From: Strigamia acuminata
Taxonomy: Eukaryota
Reading direction: 5' to 3'
Assembly: GCA_949358305.1 (NCBI GenBank)
Contig: OX442314.1
Span: forward strand, 30,566,001 to 30,630,000
DNA length: 64,000 nucleotides
Shown here: positions 12,501 to 25,233 of the stretch, one piece after another
Numbering within the stretch: the stretch's first letter is position 1
Layout of the letters: the number at the start of each line of letters is the position of its first letter
Notes under the pieces: generated by a model
Databases searched by the model: none
What the model saw: the letters and a program-made list of their open reading frames with translations, nothing else
Told to the model about the DNA's origin: nothing
Translations under genes and position numbers: made by a program

Positions 12501-15500
12501 ACGTTTTATTCGTTTTAGGGGCCCTGGTGGAAGACCGTGGCAACAACCAAACACATCTTCGGTGAGTATTTGAAACACCTGCAACTGCTATGTCAGAACT
12601 CAGAACAAGTGATTTCACAAAATAGCAGCTTGGAAACATAAACATTCGAGAGATTATTGGATTGTAGTTAAAAAGCTCCTGTTACCACATACTCACTGGC
12701 AGAATTTTGTTGTCAATTAAAATAAGCTCTGGGCGCCTAGAAAATCCAGTAATTCTGATTGGTTAGCGGCCAAATTACTGCTGCTTCTTCACGCGCCAGA
12801 AAAAGTCTATATAACTTGTTTGGTTTGTTGAAAGAGGGCAGTGATGTACATTAGAGCGCTCCGATTAATTCTCTTTGCGTTCGTGACGTTGAGACTTCGT
12901 TTGTTACATTAAACAAAAATATATTTTGTAATACCGTAAGGTATTACAGTCGAAACTCTTTATAACGAATCGCGATATAACGAATTATCGATATAACGAA
13001 TTGTTAAAAATGATTTGGTTGGCCAGCCGTAGGACACCATGTTAAGTATTTTCGATATAACGAATTTCAATATAACGAATTATTCGTTGTAACAAACAAG
13101 TGTTTGTGTTAACTGTAATACCCACAAGCCCTTGTTATAACGAATTTTCAAAACTGATCACATGACTCGCAACATCCAATGCCCATAAGCAAAGGAAAAT
13201 CAAAATTTTCTTGTTTTAAAATGGCTGCCAAACTAAAGGCAATTTTTATTCAAGACAAGTTGAACATTTTTAATGCCATTGACAATGGCAATAAGCCATC
13301 AATTGTAGCAGATGAGTTTAATTTGCCCCGTTCTACAATTTTCAACAATTTTAAAGAATTGGGATAAAATTAACATGAAACTTGCATGTCTATGAATAAA
13401 TAATATTGTTTATGATAACATTTAATTCTTTTTACCTAATTCGTTTTAATGAACTCTCGTTATAACGAATCGATTTCCGGTCCCTTGCGATTCGTTATAA
13501 AGAGTTTCGACTGTACAAAATATATTTTCGAAACGTATAAAACGTATGTTGCAAAGACAAATTCATTTCCTGGCGCATGTTGTGATTGGTAGAGATGGAT
13601 CATTTCGGTTGTAGCGACATATTATAGTGGATCTATAATAAATTTGACAAATTTTTGACAAATCCTGACCCAATTTCACGCCGTTCAATGAGCTTTGCTT
13701 CCAGTAATGTTGTCGCAGCACTTGTTGAAATATATTGATTATTCCACTTTCGCTGTTTAACACAAAAAAGTTTAATTTTGAAGCAACTAAGCTGCCCATC
13801 ATGTGGTTTTTAATAAATCCTAATATCTGATGCGCTTTATTTTAATCTCGTAGATGTCTTCTCCGTTACAGATAAATTATTCATCCTCATCACCTGGAAA
13901 TTATGCAGTAAGTGAATTCAAGTTCCTATCAAGCCAAACGGATCAATTGATTTGATTTGTTAATTTAGGGCCCACCTGCTTCGACGGGCGGGCCTCCTGG
14001 TCCAGGTACACCCATCATGCCGAGCCCACAAGGTAAATTGATTGCATGAACTTTTAAGATACCAATTAAATCTAATTGACCTAATTAAATTTCAGTATCA
14101 AACTATGACTTATTTTTAACATAGTTTTTTCAATTTAATTTTAGTTTTATTAATTTTTTTTTTAAATTTAGTATTATTATATTATCATTATTGTTATTAT
14201 TCTTATTATTATCATTACTATAATTATTCTTATTGTTAAATTTTATTTTTAAATTTTAGTTTTTAGTTTGATTTTTGTTTCTGTTCTTGATTCTATTTGT
14301 TTGTTTTGTGAATTCATTTAATGGTGTAGTACAGAGTGATTGGTTGCTTTGGTCTTATCAATTGCTACTGCTATCATGGGCCCAAGAAAAATACTCATTT
14401 TACATATTTGTTGTTTCACTTGTCATTGTTGGACAATTAGCAATGTGCACTGGAGGGACAGTAAACGAGAGGATCTAAAAAAAAAAGAATGTTGAAGTTA
14501 ATGCCCATTTAATAAAATTTACAAACACTTCGGCTCTCCGGGGTTTGCCGATTGCCCAACCGGTCTGTCTGACTCTGTGTATAGTACAAGCTGTATGCTC
14601 CATTTTTTTAATTGTATTTTGAAATGCATTGCTTAACGTTAGGGCTGGACTGGGAACAAGTTTAGTACCGGGAAGTCTGGATACTCCAGACATTGTGCTC
14701 GATTACCAATATTGTCAAAGGTGATGCTTTGACACAGAACTACTTTTCCGCGTAGTAGAACACAGTACACATTTGGGCGTAAACCGGCTGAAATAGATCA
14801 ACATTGGAGTGGTTTTGAGTATAGCAGTCACTATGCGTATGGCAGGCATTATCTGTAGTAAGAAAGGGCTTCATTTTGATTCTATCCTCTCGAAACATCC
14901 TGGGTGGGTTAAACTGGAAGAAGCAATTGTGAATATTCGGTAACTATTTGGATAAAGCGAGAGAGGCCGGTAGCACACGGAGCAGTTGATGAGATCAAAT
15001 GTGAAAGAAACCAATTGCGTGTTTTGTTTGTTGCACTGCATTTATTTTCATTTACAACTACGATGTCCTGTTGTAGGATCCACAGGCCCTTATTCTCCAG
15101 CCAATCATCGAATGAATTCGGCACGACGAGGTGACCAATTACTACTTACCACCTCTCCCCCTTCCCTATTTTTGTCTACAGTTTTCGACTAATTCGTCAC
15201 AGTTAAAAAAGAAATGTTTAAAAAGAAAACATTTTACTAATGTTTTGACATCTTGAGTTTAAAACAGCAGTCTCTATGGCTCTCTTCGACTTGGTGCATG
15301 GCGATCGGGTGACGGATTTACCATTTTTATTTGCCACTTAATAATGTTAGTTTCAATTTTTATTGATGTCAAGTTTGGTTAACAACGTTTCATTCATGAT
15401 GGTTGACATTTTAATTTTAGTTCTAAAGGAAGGATTAATCTTGTAACTGTCTTTTTTGCATGATCATCTTCATTCAAGCATGTTTTTCATATTTATTCGT

Positions 15501-18500
15501 TTAAAGTATATGGGATGGAACTAAGGTATGTACTCCGCGAATATTTCGAGATTGATGTACTTATTGGCGATGCAGTAACGTCGCCGTACTAAACAAACCA
15601 TGCTTTACAACTTTACAATTGACATTTTTTGCGTATAATTACGTCTAAGGTGACAATCGGTGCAACGGAAACGGAAACCAGCACCATCTCTTGATGGGAA
15701 TTTACAATGCGACTGCAGCTATAGAAAAAAATTTCCACTAAGAGATGGCGCAGGAACAACCCTCTTCTTAAACCGAGGGAGTAGTCGGCTGACCAGTCAA
15801 GAGATGGTGCTGGTTTCCATTTCTGTTCCTTGCATTGGTTTCAATTTCTGCTGCGAGGATTGTCCTGTTAGACGTAGTTCTACATGAAAACAATATTGCA
15901 ACGATGCCACAATTATGAAATGTATGTTGTGTTGCATCATTAATTTGTAAATGCGATGATTACGAAAATGTTTGGCGGGGTTCGACGTTTGTTCCACCAC
16001 ATATACGAACATTCATTAATTGTCATCACTTTAAAAGGACTAACTACTTTTTTTCACTTACAGAAAGGGTTGGTCGTGTGCTGCCTTTTTTTTAAAATTA
16101 TTTATTCATTTAGTGTTGGCAATTAATTTTTATTTTCCTTTATTTTCTTTTCTTTTTAAATATTAAAAATCTCAAACTGTTGATTTTTACAGCAGAACTT
16201 AGGGTATTGATTGATTAATTGATTGATTTGCAAGTTGTTTTTTTTTAGTTAACATGCTTGTGGAATTTAATATAATGTACATTTATGTTAGATTTTTTTT
16301 CAAGTAAGTTCTCACTTGTTAAATATTTCAATTAATTGATTTTTGTTTATTTTCTGCATGAATTGATTCACTTGTCTTTTCCTTTCAACAAAAAGGGGGA
16401 GGAAAAAAAATCTCTTCTTTCATTTAAAGTGAGAACTTATTTAACTGTGAAGTGAAATAGATTTTCTTTTTTCAATTATGAAGTTGAGTTTTCGAAACAT
16501 GTATATAAAAAAATTTTTGTTTTATTTTTATTTTTTTAATACAGATTCTTCGAGTTCAGGCGGTGATAGCATGTACACAATGATGAAACCCGTCCCTGGT
16601 GGAGCATTACCCGGGGTTTGGATTCATTAAATAATCTCAATTAAATATTGCCCACACAGCAATTAAATTTCCTGTGGATTCCTTTCGAAGTCGGGTCACT
16701 TCATCGAATCCCATTTCATCAAATGGCGGTTTTTTTTTGTTGAAACGTACCATTTTTTCAAAATTTTCGATGAAACAGTACAGTAAAAAATCCAAAAACC
16801 TAACCTGACCTGACCTAACCTAACCTGACCTAACACAACCTAACCTAACCATGTAGCCACGTGAATAACATGATGTTGGCCGAAAATTCGATGAAACGTA
16901 ACAGAGCGGAATTTAAATTCGATGAAGTGATTCGACCTGATTCCTTTCGGTTAGAGAGATACCGTATTCCTTCGATTAAGAGCCGCCGCTGATGTAGCAA
17001 AAATATCGTATTATCGCGCCAATACGGTATTTTTTGTATATGATACACAGTTTGTGGCAGGTACTTTTCCATTATAAAAACCCTCGTTATGCCTATAAGT
17101 TTAAGTAGGGATAATTTTATAACTATAAGTAAGAGTTTACCTGTAACCTAAATTTTGTAACTTTTTTGTTATACTAAATATAGTGTAAAAATATAAGGGA
17201 AGCGCACCTGCCGCAAACTGTGTATTGTATCGTACGTAGAACGTTCGCTAAGTTCTTTAAGTTAAACCACAAAAAATATTATTTTCTTACGAAAAACGGA
17301 AATCCAAAGTTGCGGTCGACGATTGCAGTTTTGAATAAGAGCTGCGGCTCTTATTCGAAGGAATGCGGTATTCATAATGTCATTAGTTAATATTTGTGTA
17401 TGCAATCGCGCTTTATGCTTGACTGAAATGGAGCAGAAAGTTGTTTTCTGCCAACATTTTTAGTGACATGCCCGTAAAAGCATGTCTTGGATACCCAGAG
17501 TCTTTGTAATTGACAGTTTTGGTTGATCTTTAAACTAACTGCCAAGGTCATATTGACCAAAGCCTAATTTTAAATACTAAAGACTAAGGAAATGCAAGTG
17601 CCGTGTGGGAAGTTTGCATTTAAAAGCAACTCTTTTCGTTTCTTTTATTAATCTTGTTTTTATGTTTTCATTTGGATAGGACTTCCCAATGGGAGCTGGT
17701 CCAGATGGCTCAATGGGGCCAATGGGGCCCAGCATGCCCCCAGTGATGAATGGTCTGTTGAAACATGTCAAAAGTGAGACACGAAATTGATTTTCTTTTC
17801 TTCTTCGAATGTTGCAGGTGATGGTCTAGATGGAATGAAAAATTCTCCCGCGAATGGTGGTCCCGGCACACCTCGAGAAGACGGCCCAGGAATGGGCGAT
17901 TACGGTCTTGGTTACGGCCAGGACAGTGTTAATGTAAGTTTTAATGGTAAGGTTGGGATTGTGGGTTGATGAAATTACGGTCAGGTGGTAGTGCCTGGTC
18001 CTTTTTTTGACCTTTTTGTCTGGCTATAAATGGTCGAGGTGACTAATCTGTCGTTTTTTTTATTTTTATTTACCTTTATTTCATCTCCATTTTGTTTATT
18101 TCATTTCTTCTTTTATACCACTACAAGAAATGCTCAGGAGCTAGAATGGATGCCTAATTTAATGTCTAGTGTCGAATGTGTGGGTTAACTGAGCGGGGAT
18201 TGGCTAGACAGGGGTGAGGAGTTGTTTGAGGGTTGTTTTTGAGTGATTTTTGATTGCTATGTTTTGAATAAAGGAGTGAATGTCTGATCAAGTTAGAGTT
18301 TTTCTGTTTTCCTTGTTGCAGTTTTATAGTGGAAAGGACAATAGATGTTTCTCGTATCTGCCATCTTGTGATCGATAGAGCTTCGGTAGTTCCTTAATTG
18401 TAAATATATTGCCAAAACCAAGTACCGTAAAAGCTCTTTTACTGCACCTGTGCATTGTTTGCACGGAAGACTTTGACTGGATCGTGGGGAGCACTGTTTG

Positions 18501-21500
18501 ATGTAACGACTGAGATTATCATAGAAACGTCAATACGGATAAACAAATATTTCCCATTCTCAAAATTCAGATAACTTGTGTGAATGAATTCTGACGATTG
18601 ACCGGTGCGATTGCCAGTATTGGAGACCCGCACGGTAAAAGAGCTTTTACGGCGAGTGAAACCCATAAACGGTAAATCCTCTAATAATACGTCGCTTTTT
18701 ACTTGAATAATCGCCTTCGTTACAGTCTGTGTCACACATTCAATATTGAAGCCTCGAGTGACTTCGCTATAGCTTTTCTGCACTTTGCGCCCATAATTTC
18801 TTCTTGAATGCAAGCGGAAATATCAGCACAAGGTGCAGAAAGGGTGTGATGAACACGTCATCGGGCTCTTCTATGTTGAATGCAGTCCAGTTGTGTGGTT
18901 GAAGCATACCGTGTTGCCGCGCTTTTAATGGCATGCCACTAAACAGTGAGTTTTACCAGATTTAAAAGTGAGACAAACGGCAATTAACAATTTCCCAAAT
19001 GTTGTATTTTCAATTTTACTAGCATGTCAATTAAAAGCGCGGCAATACAGTAGCGTCGAAGATCACGCCTGTATGTTGTAAAAGAGGTTTAATGCAAGGC
19101 ATCTGCACATTGGATGGGTCATTTTAGACCTTTGTAGGGAGTTGAAGGTGACCTTGATGGTTGCCTACCTCTTCAGCCTGAAAGATCGTTTAAAATGGTT
19201 GTAAATAATTATATTTAATGTGGGTTTTTGATCTTGGCTTAGTTTTTGTGCTTGGAACGTTCGTGTTTGTCTTCGGCACATTATTAAAGGATTTACGGCA
19301 ATTAGAGCGATGGGATTCAACATTTTTCCATTGTTTATTATGGCTCATTTATTGTAACTTCTGGTTGACCATGCTGCTACCGTCTTGCCACGCTTTTAGT
19401 CGCATTTAAGAAACAAAATTGTCGGTGTTTTGATGAGGCAACGTCTGCTGCCAGGGGAAAATGACGGGATGTTTTAACCTAACTCATCCTAGCCGTTAAT
19501 ATTTCTAAAAAGCATGTATTTGTTGCGTTTATGTTGGCGCAGGTGTGCCTTACAATGTAAAACGCACCTTTTTTTCCCATTTCAACATCTTAAGGTGGAA
19601 ACACAAGAGAGCGGGTAAAATTTAAAAGCTTGCTTTTACTTGAAAAAGTGGCTAAAAACTTGCTCGCTTGAGCAAACACAAGCTTGCGTTTTTATTCATA
19701 GCTTTGTTTTGAAGCGAACTTGTACTCACCCGCTCCGATCAAACTGAGTTTGATTTACCAGTTTCAAGCTTGCTGCTGTTTTGGTCATGTGGCTTTGACA
19801 GCCAATCAGAATCGTGAGGAAATTCTTGGAGGAGATTTTGGCGGGAATTTCTAGCTAGCTATCTAGCTAGCTTGAGTTTGCCAGTTAAGCTGGTAAGCCA
19901 AAAGCGGGTCAAGTGACCTCGTAAATGACTCCATCCTTAAACTTGTACTAGCAAGCTTTGGAATTTTACCCGCTCTCTTATGTTTCCACCTTTAGAATTG
20001 AAGAAATACGGTATTATTATACCAATGGTGTTAGCTGTGTGGTCTGGACGTAGGACAAGCCCCAGAAATACAGCCAGAGAGAGTTTGTTTGGATAAAGAC
20101 TGATTGGATGCTAGTGCTGGCAGATCTGTCCACACTAAGCCACTGTAAAGACAGCTTTTACACCGTATTACTTATGGAATAATGTGACTAAATAGGCGGC
20201 AATACTGTACTAGAGAAACCTGGCAGCTGTTAAGAACAAGTGAGGAAAAGATGGAAATAAATTTGTAATTGTAAATAGTGAAAAAGATGTGAAGAAATGA
20301 GCAGATACCTTCACTGCGAAGTAGATTAGAATGACTACTAAATTACTGCAATAATCACTGTTGGAAACAAAATTGTTGTCTAGACTAACTCCTGCAAGCA
20401 TTCTGGTGCTGGTCAATTACAAATACAAACATTGAATTTGTTTGAGATTTACAATAATATGGAAGATTTGTGAATGTTTAATCCATCCACTTAGCACAAC
20501 ATACACGACATTGCATTCTCTCTGTTTTGTTTGTTTCTTTTTGTTTCTTTTCAACAGAGATTTATAAAGATGCACATTTGGCACTAGTTAATGGGAAAAA
20601 TTGCTCATTTTTCTCATTACGTTTAATGATTATTGAATGAACTCTAAAACACTTTTTGACTTTTCATTCGTACACCTGCTATCTTGTGGCCTGTAAATGT
20701 AAAAATTCCTGGTTTAAAGTTGACTGAAGTTTCTATACCTTTTAGGCTGTCTAGAAAAAATTATCATTGGAAAAAAGGATTGTGTGGCTATTTTTCAGTA
20801 AGTACATGGTAAATAATCTCTTCAAATTTCTGACCAGTTATTTTTGCCACTTTTTACGAATGAGTGTCCAGACAAAATGTGACCTTTTTCTATTTTTTCC
20901 GATACATTTATTTTCTCTTCATTTTATTTATGAAAGATATCATTAAAAGATAAAATGAGTGAGGACTTTGTTTGGTATAGATGAAAGGTTTGTATGAAGC
21001 ATTATATATACATTGTCATGTTTTTTTTTTTTTGTTTTTTTTTTTTTTTTTATTATTATTATTTTTTTGATCCTATTATTTTTCATCTTTTTATTTGTTT
21101 GTCTTTATTTTTGAGAGAGAAAAATTGTACCATAAACTTCTTCCCTTTTATTTGTCTTCTTAATTATTTTTTGAAAACTTATTCAGGGTTTCTTCTGTGA
21201 ATTATAGCCTGAACAAATTCTTGTTTAAAATCTAGACACATGATTTTCAGTAGGCACATTCGTAACATGTATTTAAACATATTTTGTTTTTTAAATGTTG
21301 TGTGCCTGAAACATACAAGCTTGGTAAAGCAATTAAAATATGTTGTTTAAAAATGCTGCTTAGTCTAAATGACTTACTGGACTGTTGTTTACTTTTTACT
21401 ACTCTGTTTGTGGTCAAAAAGCAGAAATTATCACTGGATGAGCTTTAAATAGCGAAATTTTAATTTTAATATCGGTGCAGGTATCGGTATCGGCCGATAT

Positions 21501-21947
21501 TCAGTTGCCGATTATCGGTATCGGCGATACTGCAAAATATCGATATCGGTCAAAGTCTTAATTTTATAATTTTTGTCTCACTTCTAGTGGCAGTCTGGTC
21601 AAACTTGCTTTTTGCGGAATGCCCTTACATGTGCATGAATACGTATTAATTTAAGCAGAAGATACCCTGAGTTGTTTGAGTTTCTCATTGGGAACATAAG
21701 CATTATTTGATCAATGTTTTTAAGTTCCACAATTGAGTTTAGATTTTTAATCGCGACTGAAATAACTAGTTGTTAAAAAGTACACACAACCATTTGTTCT
21801 GATTGGCTTTTTTGTTCTCTTTTTGAAATCTTGCAGGACCAGAATGAATCGGCAGCAATTTTGAAAATAAAAGAAAGCATGCAGGAAGAAGCGAAACGGT
21901 TCGAAAAAGACACGCCGGCCGATCATCCGGACTATTTCATGCAATAG
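3569..21947 (+). CDS. Ssdp: Ssdp / SSBP2-3-4 family protein (Ldb/Chip cofactor), 5'-partial; LUFS-domain exons lie upstream of the window
   Basis: GT-AG exons with consistent phase: 3569-3646 (PFMSPRYPGGPRPG), 3780-3840 (QPMMPNSMDPTRQ), 6697-6726, 11306-11453 (PRMNPPRG), 12519-12561 (GPGGRPW), 13872(13854)-13907 (YSSSSPGNY), 13969-14032 (PGTPIMPSPQ), 16545-16615 (DSMYTMMK), 17680-17752 (FPMGAGPDG), 17818-17933 (MKNSP..GPGTPRED), 21837-21947 (ESAAILKIKESMQEEAKRFEKD..*). Motifs match the SSBP2/3 Pro/Gly-rich region. Confidence 0.95.
5113..5470 (+). mobile_element. Truncated copy of Harbinger-like element shared with 43293-44156
   Basis: About 350 bp clearly alignable with 43293-43650, starting TTGTGTTCACACTAGACG. 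Confidence 0.75.
7308..7633. mobile_element. Old hAT-like MITE
   Basis: TIR CAGTGGCGCATTA / TAATGTGCCACTG; 8-bp flanks match only 5/8. Confidence 0.5.
11804..11902. mobile_element. Short hAT-like MITE
   Basis: CAGTGCTGGACTGG / CCAGTCCAGCCCCG ends; right half recurs inverted at 14641-14682. Confidence 0.55.
12947..13513 (+). mobile_element. pogo/Tigger-like non-autonomous element with transposase N-terminal HTH remnant
   Basis: 27-bp perfect TIR CAGTCGAAACTCTTTATAACGAATCGC, TA duplication, subterminal TATAACGAAT repeats, internal KLKAIFIQDKLNIFNAIDNGNKPSIVADEFNLPRSTI (CENP-B/psq-type HTH). Confidence 0.9.
15655..15838. mobile_element. MITE-like inverted repeat
   Basis: GGAAACCAGCACCATCTCTTGA / TCAAGAGATGGTGCTGGTTTCC with further imperfect outer pairing. 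Confidence 0.6.
16688..16938. mobile_element. Mutator-like MITE with internal (CCTAA)n-like tract
   Basis: Imperfect 22-bp TIR, flanking direct repeat GATTCCTTTCG at 16677-16687 and 16939-16949. Confidence 0.7.
16962..17368. mobile_element. Tc1/mariner-type MITE
   Basis: TIR CCGTATTCCTTCGATTAAGAGCCGC / GCGGCTCTTATTCGAAGGAATGCGG, TA on both sides. Confidence 0.75.
18425..18652. mobile_element. MITE
   Basis: TIR CCGTAAAAGCTCTTTTAC / GTAAAAGAGCTTTTACGG. Confidence 0.6.
18909..19050. mobile_element. Short TA-flanked MITE
   Basis: TIR CCGTGTTGCCGCGCTTTTAAT / ATTAAAAGCGCGGCAATACAG, TA on both sides. Confidence 0.65.
19593..19991. mobile_element. PIF/Harbinger-like MITE
   Basis: 30-bp TIR AGGTGGAAACACAAGAGAGCGGGTAAAATT (one mismatch), TTA on both sides. 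Confidence 0.8.
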
Positions 21948-24650
21948 CTCAGGCTCTGGGGTTCCCTCCATGTGTTAAAGGTTAACGAGAAAAAAAAATC
22001 TTAAAAAAAAAAATAAAAATAAATAAATAAACAACAAAAACTGAAATCATTATGGCACGGACCTTAAGTTACTCAGCAAAGATCTGATGATGGAATTGTA
22101 TTTCTTGGCATCCTGTATTCTTGTTTGACGCACGTGAAAGCCATGCCGCGCACATGAACAGCATCTGGAAAAAATAAGATAAACTCAATTTTGTGAATGG
22201 ACAAATTGTGAATTGCAGTAATGTTTTACCTACAAGCAAGCAGAACGTGGCCTCATTTTCTGATTTTTGATTTTTTTTTTTTTTTTCATTTATTGTGCTT
22301 TTTATTTTATTTATTAATGTTATTATTATTAATTATTATTGATTGGAATAAGGATGGCGAGGTTTATTATTTTTTTTTTCTTTCATTCGAAACAAGATGT
22401 AAATTTGTAATGTAAATACCATTTATACATATTTTTCCGTTTCAGTTTAGGCGGGGTTGTTTTTTAAGAATCTCCGAAACGCCACTACGAGAAAAAGAAT
22501 TTTATGATTTTTATTTTCTGTTGCGGTTGAAAAATGGAAACAGTTTTGCATCACAATCATTAAAAAGAGAAATTAATCCACAAATTTTTGAGGAATTGGA
22601 GAAATTTTTGACAAATTGGAGAAATTTCTAAAAGTAGCGAAGTTTTCGCACTTTTCGTCACTAGGAATGAACTCGGGCCCTGAAATTTGGTCGGAAATGT
22701 ATCAGAAAATTGAATTTTTTTTAATTTTTGTTTCCATTTTCCATTGTGGCTTGATTTATTTTTATATTTTTCATTAGATTTGTAATTTTTCTATCCTTGG
22801 AAGGGAATGAAAATGATTAACTTGTCAGTCTGCAACAAGTGGGAATGAAGTTTTGTCAATTCATTTTCTAAAGGGTAGACACTGTTTCCTACCTCTAGTA
22901 TATTTCATAACAACTTGGTGTTTTCATTATAATTTATCTAAACAAAGAAAAAGATAGGGATAAAAGACAAGGAAACACTCCAATTTGGATATTCAAAGTA
23001 TTGCTTAATTTATTTTAAAAGTAAATGTGTACCTCGTAATTTGTGCTTTAGTGTACGTGTATTGGTGTTTGAAAAAAAAAAAAAAGATAACTAAAAATTT
23101 TTAAGTCTACGTTTCTTTTTACTTTACAATAATTTGCATAGCTATTGATGATGACTTAAGACTAAATTTGATAGTTTTGTTTATTTATTTTTATTTTTTT
23201 TTTAATTATTTCAGTTTTATAATTATTATTATTATTATTGTCATGTAATTTATTGTTTCACATGCTTCTTAATTTATATAAGGGTTATTTTTGTTTTGTA
23301 GTTAATCAATGTCCATTTTATTTGTTTACTGAGGTTTCTTTTATACATTTTTGTTATTTTTGTTATTTTTTAAAAAAGAAAAGAAAAAAAAAAGTAAAAG
23401 ATCAATCATGAACATTGAAAACCACTAAAAGTTTACATAAGGAAAAATCATTCATCAAATCATCCATTTTAATTTAAATTTTTTGTTTTTTTTTAAAATT
23501 TGATTTTGATTTTAATTGATAAATATCATTCCTTTAATTATATTTTTTACTAACATGCCAAGACAGTTTTATTATTATTATTATTTAATTTTTAGTTTTT
23601 TTTTTGGTTTTTTTTTTTTAAATAATTATATTGCTGGTTCTTAAATTTATTTATTCTCCACATTAGGAAAAAAAATAAAATAAAACAAAAATAAACAAAA
23701 AATAATCATTTTTTATTAATCCAAGTGAGAATTTCCTCATTTTTTTTAAAAAACAAAACAAAAAATATGAAAAAAAAAATATAAAAAAAAAAAAAATCAA
23801 TAAAAAAAAAATAATAATAATCACCAAGGATGAATTTTGAAAAATTGTTGCAGGATATTTTTAATGATTTACCATAATGTTTTTGTTATTTTATTTTATA
23901 TTTAAAAAGAAATTAATTTATTATCAACACCGGCCAGTTTGTTGTTCATACATTTCGACTTCTTCGTCTGTATCAGATGGTTGTCGTTGAAAATCAAGTG
24001 TCACTGATTAGGGGGTACAAAGGAAGTTTTACATTTTTCAAACATCCTTGGATTATATATTTTTAATTTTAATTGTGCAAGACTTGTAAATTGTGAGGCA
24101 TTGTATAATAGCTACACCAATTTTTAATTTCAATTTTTTTCATGTATAGACAAAGGGTCAAAACAAATCTTGTACTCTTAGAAGAAATACATTTGTCATA
24201 CATTTTATTTCAGCATATTAGCTGATGACCCTTTTTCGAGCTATTCATCTTTATCTTCCAACTTAATCTCACATTTTTTGGTCGCAAAAAAAAGAAATTG
24301 GTGTCCAACTATTGTGTAGCATCATATTTTAGTTGTCATTACAATATTAATGTAAGTTTCTGTATTGTATTAAGGAAATGTAGATGCAAGAAAAAAAAGT
24401 TCCAATAAACTAAAAAAAAATAATAAAAATAATAAAAAAAAAAAAAAAAACAATGTCATTTGAACATGAAACATATTGTGCTACAACCTTGATTTGCCTT
24501 TTGTTTGCATATTGTGTGGGTTTCAAGTGAGTTGCACATGGATTGTTGTATAAATCTTGCTGCCTGTGCTCACTCAAATCTAGGAGTATTTCAGGTTGTG
24601 TTTCTTTCTCTTTTTTTTTTCAAATAAAAACAGTCGATTTTGTATATTGA
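21948..24650 (+). promoter_or_regulatory. Probable long AU-rich 3' UTR of Ssdp
   Basis: Follows stop codon, very A/T rich, no ORFs or TE ends seen, Pumilio-type TGTAAATA at 22411, AATAAA near 24405 and 24623. End point is inferred. Confidence 0.55.
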
Positions 24651-25233
24651 AAAATCACAACAAAAACTTTTATTCAATTCTTACACTATTTAGATTTTAA
24701 TTGTTTCAATAATAAAAAGAATAAAAGATGATTTGCTTTGTACGAATATTATATGATTCAACGCAAACTATCAACTTACAATCTTATGGGAACATCGAGG
24801 ATAAACTGAGGTTCACTGGGGTCAATTGGATTCTGAACACGGTCCATTTATTAAAAAGCAAAATCTCAAGTGTTTACGGAGCAAATTTCCCACGCGAACC
24901 TAAATCTATATCTAATCTATTGCTCGATGTCCTCGTTTGAACAAGTAATGGATGTCATCGGATTTGGTCACCAGCATTCACTTCAATTTAGTTTCGGGAA
25001 TTGATAATAAGCGCTGAATAATGAACCGCGTAAAAATGTAAGTTGATGTTGAACTGTTCAGTGACATCATGAGTCAACATACATAATACAGGATTTTTTC
25101 AATGTGTTGTGTACTATTCAGTTGGCAGTCGACTTTGCAAGTCCCCCCAAGTGTTGTTTACCACAATGAACACAATTTTAAATATCACATAAAACAATAT
25201 TTATTCAGCTCACAATTTATAATTCATACAAAA

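Noticed and set aside
24728..25100. Short ORFs between Ssdp and the Gly-rich gene
   Set aside because: No consistent splice model or recognisable motif.
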